This document shows, piece after piece, positions 38,710-50,771 of a stretch of DNA of 64,000 bases (position 1 is its first letter; every line of letters begins with the position of its first letter). The notes beneath the pieces were generated by a model that did not search any database, was not told the DNA's origin, and worked only from the letters and a program-made list of their open reading frames with translations. Source of the DNA: Octopus sinensis (lineage: Eukaryota). The stretch lies in NCBI RefSeq assembly GCF_006345805.1, contig NC_042999.1, positions 88,350,001 to 88,414,000 on the forward strand. Reading direction: 5' to 3'. Position numbers and translations under genes: made by a program.

Positions 38710-39176
38710 ACATACACACAAAATTAATATAAACATCAGGTTGCAATGTTTCACCAAACAGGAGAATTATAAATGTCACTAAATGTGACTAGGGTGTTAA
38801 AAAAAACAACCTACATTTCTAGAAATAAGAGCTGAAATGCTCCAATGCTGTTGTTAACGCACATGAATGAAAACATATACACTAACAGGGACCGTAATTG
38901 TCCGAAAAATGCCAACCGAGAATTCTTCAGACTGACACATCTGTTTCGGCAATTTCCTTTACCATCATCAGTAAAGCCAGCTCGGTGTTCGGCTTTTTCC
39001 GGACCTGCTTCTCTATTAGTATATATGTTTTCGTTAACCAACTTAATAGATGATTTAGTGATTTGCTAATATGTATACACAAAATTAATATAAATAGCAG
39101 GCTGCAATGTTTCACCAAAAAGAAGAATTATAAGTGTCACTAAATGTGACTAAGGTGTTAAAAAGCACCTACATTG
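38710..39176 (-). mobile_element. Retrozyme/pLTR-like partial tandem unit (about 360-bp period, about 105-bp direct repeats) containing an HHR
   Basis: 38713-38817 and 39074-39175 are direct repeats (cacaaaattaatataaa..gcaatgtttcaccaaa..gtcactaaatgtgacta..ctacatt). A (CA)n tract follows. Confidence 0.75.
38911..38993 (-). ncRNA. Type I hammerhead ribozyme (unit C)
   Basis: Minus strand: accgag-ctgg-cttta CTGATGA t GGTAA-aggaaa-TTGCC GAAAC aGA-tgtg-TCa GTC tgaag-aatt-ctcggt. Bipartite stem I, 5-bp stem II, and stem III with one A-A mismatch. Predicted cleavage after the GUC at 38932-38930. Confidence 0.85.
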
Positions 39177-39452
39177 CTACACACACACGCACATATATAC
39201 ATACATATGTGTGCGTGTGTGTGTGTGCACGCGCGCGTGTTTGTAAACTGGTGTTTAAAGTATCATGTACTTCTTGGAAAGTTGGATAAAATGTCAGTGA
39301 AGGAGAACAGCAAAATGAAACCCACACAGAACATCATTAATTGCCATGTTGACCCTTAGTGTTACACATTACTGACCAACAACTAAAAGGAAATGTATCA
39401 AGAAAGCCAGTGTTAATGTTAGGGCGATAAAACTATTTTTACTTTATTTTTT

Positions 39453-39813
39453 TATTCTTTTGCTTGTTTTAATCATTTGGCTGCGGCCTTGCTGGAGCAC
39501 AGCCTTGAAGGGTTTTAGCTGAACAAATCGACCCAAGGACTTTTTTAAGTGTAGTGCTTATTCTTTCCGTCTCTTTTGACGAACCGCAAAGTTACAAAGA
39601 CGTAAACACACCAACACCGGTTGTCAAGCAGTGATGGGGGACAAACACACACATATACGACGCGCTTCTTTCAGTTTCCGTCTACCAAATATACTTCCAA
39701 GGCTTTGGTCCGCCCGAGGCTGTAGTAGAAGACACTTGTGCAAGGTGCTACGCAATGGGATTGAACCCAGAAGCATGTGTCTCGGAAGCAAGCTTCTTAC
39801 CACACAGACACGC
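39453..39813 (-). mobile_element. SINE S1, full length
   Basis: Reverse complement matches 54678-55074. Confidence 0.9.
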
Positions 39814-41246
39814 ATGTTTTGATAAAAAGTAGGATATTTCTTTTACGCGTTAAGCCTAATTTCAAGATTTTACTAAAATATAAATTTATACAAGTAGGTT
39901 CTGCTGTTATATCGGTTTGGGACATTAGAAAAAAGCGTTTTCTTGGTTTTTATAACCAGACCTTGCATATTGCCTCTAAGAAAGAAATGGATTATTTCAC
40001 TTTGTGAAGGAACGAGTGATAATACCAATGAATAGGGTTGAGAGATATGTTCAATTTCAGACAGTGTTTACTTTTAACTCTGTATGTCTTACTAAAATAT
40101 TAATCAATCAGACATTCAAAATCGCCTGAATTATGCCTAATTTAACGCCTCCAGAAACATTCAAAGCAATACTTTCAATATCAAAAGACCTGTTTACTAA
40201 GTATTCTCCAGAAAAATATAATTTAGGCTCATTAATTATAATTAATTATTAATTTTCGTTTTATCTCCAAGTAAAAAGTAGAAAGGTCAAGGCATCCAAA
40301 TTAAATCACAACCGATGATCATATTGCAGGAGAACATCACGCTTAAAATATTCAGACTTTTTCTGGATACCCTTCATTGTTTAAGCTGTCAAGATAATAA
40401 TATTCGAGGCATTAAACTAAAACTTTTTGAATTTCATTTAACAGATTAAAGAGTCTCCTTTATTCCATTCTGGATGGAGACAGCGTAGGGTATAGGAATT
40501 TAGAATGGTTTGCCATGTCATGGACATATTGAACTTTCTAGTGTATATTCCATGATAAAATGCAATCAGGGCATTCTGAAATGTGATTTGGAGCTCATGA
40601 GATAGCCGTGGCCTCTAGGTCGTTTAAGAGAACAGTATTTTCTTAACAAAAAACCGATTGAGACTGTGGCAACCTGTCCAGTCCATGCCACCATAGAAAG
40701 CAGATCTAATGTGATGATGATAAAAATGGATGATTTTGCGAACGAAAGCCTTCGATTGTGGCTAATGAGTGAGATTAAACAAATCTTGAGTCCGAATACT
40801 TGGTTCGTGAAAGTACGTATTCTTAAGTCAATTGTCATTCCTATATATTTAGTTAGAGAAAATTTTATTTTACTTAACCTTAGTACAGAATTCACTGAAT
40901 GCTAACAGAACAATTTATTTAAAAAATGGTTTCATTGTTTTATTTTTTTTTTTTCAGATATGGTTTTAAATTCTCTTCAGTTGTGTTTTGCATACGATTC
41001 GTTCAGATTTAAGCAATTATTACAGCTGCTATTAATGTTTGAATATATATTTGTACAGAATAGATTTTTTTATATTTTCATTAACTAACCTAACCTAACC
41101 TAATTTTCAATTTGTGGTATGTTAGGTTAGATAAGGTTAGGTTACATTAATTTATGCGTAAAAGTATACGTTTTGTGCAAAAGTATGCATCTCAGTAAGA
41201 TAATTTCAGTAGGATTTTTTAGCCAAATTATATATAAATAAATAAG

Positions 41247-41280
<34 letters not shown>

Positions 41281-43968
41281 TACGTATGTGAGTGTGTGTG
41301 CATGCATGCGTGTGTGTTGCTATTAATATAGATAGACAAATATATTTTATTAAATTAAAACAAAATCTAAGTTACAGAACATTGAAAGATTAACGGATGT
41401 ACACAGAAAGATTGAATTACATAAACTGAAAAACATGAGTCTAATCAAGTTTACTTCTCTGGATTGATGTGATGAATTAGCTGCCATCTTTAAAATGTTA
41501 AAATAATCCTTATTAATTGATGAATCTATAGATATAAGCGTCACAAAACTAATGTGTATTTGTGCGCAGTAATTTTTGTATATGCACCAAGAGTCTAAAT
41601 AGTCTTTTTAAGAATAATTCTTATTATAAGTGTCAAAAATGGAATTGAGAATTGTTATATTTCAAAATGGTCATTCTTTTTTTTATTACCAAATAAACAC
41701 CTGCACTATATACTAGTTCTTCAATTCAGCTATATTATTGGTCTTATTTTAGTGTCCTTTGTCTTAAACTTTTCGTCACACATCCTGTGACCTTCTCAAC
41801 GAATCTCCTTCCCACGAGTCTCCTCCTGTCCTGTTTAGTCTATATAATGGACGACAAATTTAAGACAAAGGACACTAAAATAAGAACAATAATAAAACTG
41901 AATGAAGAACGAGTATATAGTGCGCGTATTTATTTAGCAAAAAAATTTACCATCCCAAAATATATTAATATTTGCTTTTCAACGCAGGAATATTGTTAAA
42001 CAAATACATAAAAGTAAGAATTGAAATTATTTTGAGCAGCAACAGTTTTGATATAAATAATTAGTGGGAAACATAGTGTAGTGTCTTGAAGACTCAAAAA
42101 TATGGACTCGAATATTAAATTTGCTAAATCTATATGACAGTTCTTGGCGTTGGGCTGCTTAAAGGTGTGTATTTGCCTGGCTTCTAATCTAACTTACCTG
42201 ATATGAGAAATTGCAAATTGGTTTAGCGTTAATACCCTTCTTAGAGATGATTACAAGAAAAATTTTCAGTCATGAATGATGTAAATACATGTTTCCTAAA
42301 ATTTGTCACCCCGTTTGTTGATTAGTAGGAATTATTTGAAAATTGTCTTGTGACAATAGGAGGATCTCGGAAAGAAACGGAAAATAGCGTTCTCTGAAGA
42401 TAATATACTCAAAGGAAATTTTTCTAAATGAAATACTTCAAGATGAAGCCATTAAATTTATCATCATTTTGCTTGTCCCGTTTATATTGAATTTCAAATT
42501 AGTAAATCCAGTTTTAAAGGCTTTAAATCACAACCTTAGTAGATTATTTCAAAAACTTGGAGAGTTGAATTTTACACTACAAAATGTATTAGAGTTTTCT
42601 TGTATAGAGAAGCACAGGCTGTATAGAGCATCAATAAAGCTTCAAAAATATATTTAATCTAGGAAAGGAGGTGATTATTAGAAGCAACAATATAAAGTGA
42701 AGCAGTGAAATATCATGAAGTTTTGAGGCATATCATTGATGTTCTTTTTTTGCTGTGAAAGAAGAGTAGTATTTAGTAATTCGTGGCACCAAATCGAGGA
42801 GCAAAACAATGGAAACTTCAAAATTGGATCCTATTCTCCAAGTACATGTGCTATGAGTAGAAAGATACCAGAAAGGGACAACCACCTTCAGTTTTACTGC
42901 ATATATTTTAGATCATAGAAGAAAAGTTTCATAAGATTTTAACTTTGTGAAGGAATACAATTTACTGGAAAAGAAACCTTAAATTTTGGCATTATTATGA
43001 ATGCAACTTCTACTGACTCTTCGTAAGTTGAGCGGACAGTATTTCTGTTACATTAATTTAAAGGATAGTTGGTTTAAGGTACAAAAATCATTCTCAAGTT
43101 CTCAGGCTGCAACAATAAACAAGGAGAATGATTATTCATAGACACCTTGGAATACTGCATTAATCTTTGGGGCCACTGCAGGGCAGTGCAAACTACCAAT
43201 ATGATGACACTATACAATAGATTGCACCCAAGGCGAAAATACTAAAGCAATTTTCAGTGGTAATCTCTCTCCATGTGGATGCCATGCACTCTATGTGGAA
43301 TAAATACAGGTGAGTGTATACCAGAATCCTAATATAATATAGAACAGTTCAAAAAATTTATATATTGTTAAGTTTCATCCATAATTGGAGAAACTTAAAA
43401 ATCACATACGTTTTTCGTTACACAGTATGCCATATATGCGTAGGTCTACTAGACTTGAAATTATCAAACTTTTTGAATCTTTCTTTACTGATGTTTAGTT
43501 AGCCAAGATAGGGAAGAGAGTGAATATAGTATTTGTATATATAAAATGATTTGTTTGTAAGTCTATGTTGGGTGATTTGGTATAAACTATTAGGTCCTAC
43601 GGATATTTCAACGAGTTCAATATAACCAGAGAGTCCACATTGGCTGTACATGTATCTAAAATTGGAACAGTTCTTGAAAATTTGATAAATCTATTAAACA
43701 GCTAGGAAAGTATCTAGGATAAAACCAAAGAGTCGAAAGAGAGGAGTTGTTAACCTGATGGAAATAACTGGTGCTGATAATTTGCCAGAAGAGGCTAGCC
43801 TCAGAAAATCTGTATTATACATTTTCATTGATAATATTGTTGCAGATTAATTGTATATTTTAATGTTGTTAAGCGAATGACTGAAAATTTTAATTCAAGT
43901 GAGTGGGGATGACGAATAGCTTACAATGCCTAAAGGTGAGTCGGAGAAAATAAAGAAAGACATAGCAA

Positions 43969-44537
43969 ATTCTTTTCTACTCTAGGCACAAGGCCTGAAA
44001 TTTTGGGGGAGGGAGCCAGTCGATTAGATCTACTCCAGTATACAACTGGTACTAAATTTATCGACCCCGAAAGGATGAAAGGCAAAGTGGACTTCGGCGG
44101 AATTTGAACTCAGGAAGTAAAGACAGACAAAATACCTATTTCTTTACTACCCACAAGGGGCTAAACACAGAGAGGACAAACAAGGAGAGACAAACGGATT
44201 AAGTCGATCATATCGACTCCACTGCGTAACTGGTACTTATTTAATCGACCCCAAAAGGATGAAAGGCAAAGTCGACCACGGCGAAATTTGAACTCAGAAC
44301 GTAACGGCCGACGAAATAGCTGTTTCTTTATTACCCGCAAGGGGCCAAACATAGAGGGGACAAACAAGGACAGACAAACATTGACCCCAGTGCGTAACTG
44401 GTACTTAATTTATCGACCCTGAAAGAATGAAAGGCAAAGTCGACCTCGGCGAAATTTGAACTAAGTGCGTAACGGCAGACGAAATACGGCTACGCATTTT
44501 GCCCGGCGTGCTAATGTTTTTGCCAGCTCGCCGCCTT
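43969..44537 (-). mobile_element. SINE S2 tandem trimer
   Basis: Three successive actggtac..tcgaccc..aggatgaaaggcaaagt..aatttgaact blocks at about 190-bp spacing. Confidence 0.85.
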
Positions 44538-45258
44538 GAAAGAGTAAGCAAACTACCAACCAAATGTCCGCAATGAAACTGTTTACAATGTAAATATAAC
44601 ATTAAACGTCAGTACACTAAGAAATTTTTGGAAAACCAGAACGGAAATCTCTAGAACTGGTGATTTATTCATTAATTGCAAACCGATGATATATTTCAAA
44701 ATGTTTGCTTTTGAGAATACTGGTGACAATTCATCTATAGTAACATCAGCAGAAAAATTGCTTAGCTCAGGCTTATGAAATTGTTTGGAAGATCTACCAT
44801 GCTTTAAACTTGACTTGTTGATTTAGCAAGACTGAGTATGAAATCAAAACATTGCTAGAGAAATTGATTTGGATGTGTTAGAAATCTAACGGATAAAAGT
44901 GTTAGAAAACCTCATTTCTTTTAGCTTCTTAGCCTTATCTTTGCTTTGTATAAAGTATATTGTTATCTGGTTATTCTGGTGGACAAGAAATAACGCATTT
45001 ACATAATTATACCAGTGGTCATATTCAGATAGCCTGAGTTGTCCAATTATGTTTTCATAATCATACGAAAAAAGCTTTCTACTTCGTTGATATTTCATCA
45101 TATTATATCATTATTGTTACTTAAAAGAAGCTGTTTAGGATTTGTCGTCCATTCACTCCTTTATGCTTAATTTTGAAAAGAAATTCATCTTCGGGAGGAA
45201 AGGTGAAGAGAAGTGGTTTTGTTACTTAGAAAGCTTCTTTCGCAGGTTTTGATAATAT

Positions 45259-45681
45259 TCTTTTATTCTTTTACTTGTTTCGGTCATTTGACTGTGGCCA
45301 TGCTGGAGTGCCGCCTTTTAGTCAAACAAATCGACCCCAGGACTTATTCTTTGTAAGCCTAGTACTTATTTTATCAGTTTCTTTTGCCGAACCGCTGAGT
45401 TAGGCGTACGTAGACACACCAACATCGGTTGTCAAGCGATGGTGGGGGGAGGACAAACAGAGACGCACAAACGTATAACCATATACATACATATGTGTGT
45501 GCGTGTGTGTATGTGTGTGTGTTCAACGGGCTTCTTTCAGTTTCCGTCTACCAAACCCACTCACAAGGCTTTGTTTGGCTCGAGGCTATAGTAGAAGACA
45601 CTTGCCCAAGGCGTCACGCAGTGGGACTGAATACAGAACCATGTGGTTGGTAAAGCAAGCTACTTACCACACAGCCACTCC
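45259..45681 (-). mobile_element. SINE S1, full length
   Basis: Reverse complement matches 54678-55074. Confidence 0.9.
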
Positions 45682-45692
45682 TATATACAAAG

Positions 45693-46110
45693 AAACATTA
45701 GCACACAGGGCGAAATGCTTAGAGATTTTTCGTCTGTCTTTACATTCTGAGTTCAAATTCCGCCGAGGCACACTTTGCTTTTCATCCTTTTGGGGTAGAT
45801 AAATTAAGTACCAGTTGTGTACTGGAGTCGATCTAATTGACTGTTTCCCTCCCCAAAAATGTCGGGCCTTGTGCCTGGAGCAGAAAGAATTCTTTTACTT
45901 GTTTCAGTCATTTTAACTGTGGCCATGCTGGAGCACAGCCTTAAAAGGTTTTTAATCAAAGCAATCAAACCCAGTACTTATTCTTTGTAAGCCTAGTATT
46001 TATGCTATCAAACTCCTTTGCCAAACCGCCAAGTTACAGGGACATAAACAACCCAACATTGGTTGTCAAGTGATGGTGGGAGGACAAACATAGACACAAA
46101 GACAAAAACA
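45693..46110. mobile_element. SINE S2 (+, 45693-45891) tail to tail with an S1 3' half (-, 45890-46110)
   Basis: Matches to the other copies in the window. Confidence 0.8.
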
Positions 46111-46756
46111 TAAATATATATATATATATATATATATGTATATGTGTGTGTGTGTATGATAATGACAACTATAATAAAGGTGATGATGAAAGCTGAAATA
46201 TAAAAATCACTGGGAAATGTTTACATTTCTAAAAGTAGCCAAACATTTACTGCTTTGGCCAGGGTCAAAATGCAGGTCTCTTGACATGTTCAACAAACTG
46301 TGATGCCTAAACCACACACCAATCAACTGAAGTAATTCAGTAAAACCACATATTGAATGGTCAGAATACAGTTTGCAAAACTTAACATTCTGGAGCTTAT
46401 ACAAATGTATTTAAGGCACACATTTTAACCATTTCCCTACAGTTGTAAATTGTAAAACATAACTGTCACCACTACTTCATGAACCTGAAGTTTGCATAGT
46501 TTAATGCATGAAAGTACTAGTTCAGTCAGAAAGGACATTTAATATTCTATCATATCATTATATTATATTATCTTATATGATATTTTCCTTACTGGTGGTG
46601 CCCTAGTATGTCCACAGCCTCAAGGCTGAAACATAAAAGAATGCAAGAATAAGATTGTAAATAAAACGTGAAAATCAGACAAAGTTGGATTTTCTTTGAG
46701 TAATATATTCTTCTATACACAATCATACACACCTGTGTGTATATATATATATGTAT

Positions 46757-47276
46757 AATCAAAATAAGCAACAAGGATATCCAGAGGTAATGCAATACAA
46801 TCGTTTCATGCAACTCCATTTAATTGAACAATGCAATCATTACATCAATTTAAAATACAGAGCAATTTTCAGCTGCACAAACACAGAGTTTCATTAAATT
46901 AGAACAGATGGACACATTAGTATAATTATATGGTTTTGATAAACTAGTCTATAAATTAAAACTGACCCCATAAAAACAACAAAATTAGTGACAGGCAGAG
47001 TCTGTAACAATGTATATCTTCTTGAAAAGCTTAGTAACTTCTATGCTGGAGTAAGAACAGTATGTTCTTTGTCTTTCTCCTTAACTTCTTGGAGATTTTA
47101 CATATAATTATACTAATGTGTCCATCTGTTCTAATTTAATGAAACTCTGTGTTTGTGCAGCTGAAAATTGCTCTGTATTTTAAATTGATGTAATGATTGC
47201 ATTGTTCTATTAAATGGAGTTGCATGAAACGATTGTATTGCATTACCTCTGGATATCCTTGTTGCTTATTTTGATT
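46757..47276. repeat. 176-bp inverted repeat (one mismatch) with a 168-bp spacer
   Basis: 46757-46932 is the reverse complement of 47101-47276 except aattgaac versus aatagaac. Confidence 0.95.
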
Positions 47277-47378
47277 TTAATCACCTTAGTTTGAAATTGT
47301 ATGGATAATACTGTACTAAATTCTGGTGCCTCAACTTAAGTACCATATTCATCTGAATCTATATATATATATATATAT

Positions 47379-47540
47379 CCACTACACTCTCGGAGTGGTT
47401 GGCGTTAGGAAGGGCATCCAGCTGTAGAAACACTGCCAGATCTGACTGGCCTGGTGCAGCCTTCGGGCTCCCCAGACCCCAGTTGAACCGTCCAACCCAT
47501 GCTAGCATGGAAAGCGGACGTTAAATGATGATGATGATTT
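47379..47540 (+). mobile_element. Solo RTE 3'-end copy with (ATG)n tail
   Basis: Close match to 21245-21415. Confidence 0.85.
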
Positions 47541-47640
47541 TGATATACAGTTAATCCAAACAAGAAAACACAGAAAAAAGAGAAAAAAACACAGCAACGC
47601 AGGACGTGGAACAATTAAAGTATTATTGACGCTACACATA

Positions 47641-48860
47641 CACAGATATGCAGGAAGTAAATAGACACCTTTAATTTTCAAAATCTTTTATTTAATTCAC
47701 AAAGTGAAAAATTGAAATGTAATCGATAAGTAGGACTACCTACTTTAGTATTTAGTTGACATTCCCTTTGCAGTTTTTAATTCAGAAACTCATTTTGGCA
47801 TTGAATGATGAGCTTTGTGATTGTCTCTTGTGGAATTTCTGCCAACTTTTCATGTAACAATCGAAACAATTCATCTTTAGATTTAGGTTTCTGTCAAGTT
47901 TTTCATATAGCTCTATCTAGTATGCTCCAAAGATTTTCAATTGGGTTCATGTCAGGAGATTGGCTCGGCCAAGGAAGCTTTTTGATCCCATTTTAGTCAA
48001 CCATTGTTGATTCCTTTTCGCTGTGTTACATGGGGCCCATCTTCCATGAAGAAAAACTCATTTTTTGTTATGTTATCATGTGAATACATCGGAAGTAGCC
48101 CTCACTTAAGTATTTCGATGTATTTTTTCAGAGTTTATGGTTCCAACACATTCGATCAGCTCAGAATGACCATTGCTGGTGACAGTACCCAATACTATTA
48201 CAGAGATACCGCCTTGTTTCACAACTGGTTAGAGTCATTTCAAATGAAATTGCTGATTGGGAAGCCTCCAGACCTAAACACGTCCACTATCTGAAAATAA
48301 TGCAAATCTGGATTATTCTGAGAAAATCACTCTATCCCAAGATGAACTGGATTTTCCTGACATCTCTTTAGCCCATTTCTTTCTTTTCATGATATTAATT
48401 GGTTGAAGGAGAGGCTTTCTTCTAACAGCTCGTTCATAATACCCAAGCTTATGCAGATATGTAACACATGTTCTTGGCTAACTTCTAGCTGTGTTGCAAT
48501 GTCAGAAGCCTTCGAACAGGTGTTCATTTTCCACAATTCTGGTGATTCTTTTCCTTGGCTTTTGAACTGCACTATAATTCTATTAACTGTAGCAAGAGGA
48601 ATTTGCAGATTTTCGGCAATTTTTCGCTGGCTAAGGCCAGCCTCAGATAGACCAATAATACAACCTCTTTGAAAATCTGACAGTTCTACTGAATTTTTTG
48701 TGTGTGGCATGGTTACTCATCACAAATGTTTAATATAATGGCACCTGGAATGGAAAAGAATAATTACATTGTAAATTCTACACTGCCGAAAACATATCAA
48801 GGTGCTTAGATCAGAAATTTTGAAAATGAACAGTGTCTATTTACTTCCTGCACGTCTGTG
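47641..48860 (-). mobile_element. Tc1-family transposon with 28-bp TIRs and TA target duplication, degenerate transposase
   Basis: cacagatatgcaggaagtaaatagacac / gtgtctatttacttcctgcacgtctgtg with TA on both sides. Translation includes [27 protein letters not shown] and WPSQSPDMNPIENLW. Confidence 0.92.
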
Positions 48861-49734
48861 TATATATACAACGAGCTTCTTTCAGTTTCCGTCTACCAAA
48901 TCCATTCAAAAGGCTTTGGTCGGCCTGAGGCTATAGCAGAAGGCACTTGCCCAAGGTGCCATGCAGTGAAACTTAACTTGGATCCATATGGTTTGGAAGC
49001 AAACTTCCTACCACACAGCCTCACCTGCATCTAGTATTTATACAAAAATGTTGCATGACGTGTTTTATGGTTACCCAACTTTGAACCATACTGCTAATTA
49101 ATTGTGTTGCAGTCTAGTTTAAAACAGATAATTATCACATCATTGGTCTGCTACAGAAAACTAATAGATTATAAATATAAATTTTATTTTATCATTTTAG
49201 CTTTCAAGTAACTTTTAATTTAACAATCATAAAAAAACAGATGAATGAAAAAGAATAAAAGTTGGCAAAGAAAAAACTAAACTTACAGCAGACTAATTAT
49301 TTCCAAGAAATGAACACTTTGTTGAGGTTTACACATAAAATATATGAAATCACATGTGTGTGTGTGTAAAATTAGAGACACAACAATACTTACATACTCT
49401 TTTTTGAATGCATACAAACACACTTATTTGATTTTTTTCTTATACTCGTATATGCAGACATTCTTTTATTTATATGATTTATTTACCTTTGTAATATGTA
49501 TCTACAAATCCCTTTAAGGGGCAGATCTCTCTTTGATGATAACTATAGGAGTACAAGCAAAAATATTCTTGGTGGAATCATGTTATCAAATTGATAGAAA
49601 TACAATACATGTACCAAGGAAAGGTAAACAAAGTGATAGATTGAATACCAGTTAAGCACTGGAGTCAGTGAATTAACTTATCTCCCCATTCCCGCCAAAA
49701 TTGCTGGCCTTATGCCAAAATTTGAAACTATCAT

Positions 49735-49754
49735 TATTATTATCATTATTATCC

Positions 49755-49802
<48 letters not shown>

Positions 49803-50727
49803 GGAGAGAGAGAGCAATGCATGCCATCAAAGAGACACAGGGGTAAAATATACAAAGCCCAGTATATCCATCATGACTACATGTTCGGTAAGGATGCACC
49901 AGGCACATGCATCACAACCATATGTGCGTGACATAGTGATCTCATATGAAGATAGACAGCACATGACCTTGCAGGTGGAGACCCAGTTAGAATTTTCTTC
50001 TGGTCGAGTAGCCCATCCCACTCAAAAGGTCCCTGAATAAGGGTTGTTTAAGGATATTGAACAAAACACCCATGTTTCCAGAGGTGAATTATTCAAACTG
50101 CCAAAGAATTCCTCTCAACACATGGCTATGATGCTCCTTCACTACTTTTGCTCATGATCAGAGATACCCATATCACCAGCCACCAAGGGACATGCTCAAC
50201 TGATTAAGGTCAAACAACTGACATGCAAATCTCAGATATTGAGCAGAATATTTACTGTAGCTCAACTTTTATACCAAGACAAAACATGTACATTGTAACA
50301 CTTCCAATCAGTTAAGATCAGAAGCCATGAAAGCTACTGCCTGGTACTGCATCAGGGCATTCATTATTATTATTACTGAGTGCATGCCATCAAAGTCATA
50401 CTGGGGTGAAATATATGAAGCCCAATATACTCATCATGACTACCCGTCTGATAAGGGTACATCAGGCACATGCATCACAACCATGTGTGCATGACATGGT
50501 GATCTGTATGACCTTGCAGATGGAGCCCAGTTAGAATTTTGTTCAGGTCGAGTAGCCTATCTCACTTAAAAGGTCCTTGAATAAGGCTTGTTTAAAGATG
50601 GTAAATGAAACACCCATGTTACCAGAGGTGAATTATTCAAACCCCAAAGAATTCCTCTCAACACATAGCTATGATTTTCCCTCCACTACTTCTGTTCATG
50701 ATTAGAGGTACATATATCATCAGCCAC

Positions 50728-50728
<1 letters not shown>
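49735..50728 (-). mobile_element. Two head-to-tail copies of an unclassified about 550-bp (AAT)n-tailed repeat
   Basis: 49816-50362 and 50380-50728 align (gcatgccatcaaag..ccttgcag..gagcccagttagaatttt..), each with an (ATT)n tract on its left. Confidence 0.75.

Positions 50729-50729
<1 letters not shown>

Positions 50730-50771
<42 letters not shown>

Noticed and set aside
41083-41143. (TAACC)n..(GGTTA)n as a telomeric remnant
   Set aside because: There are only a few units in inverted arrangement, and TTAGG is not the expected molluscan telomere repeat (TTAGGG). It is more likely a small repeat relic.
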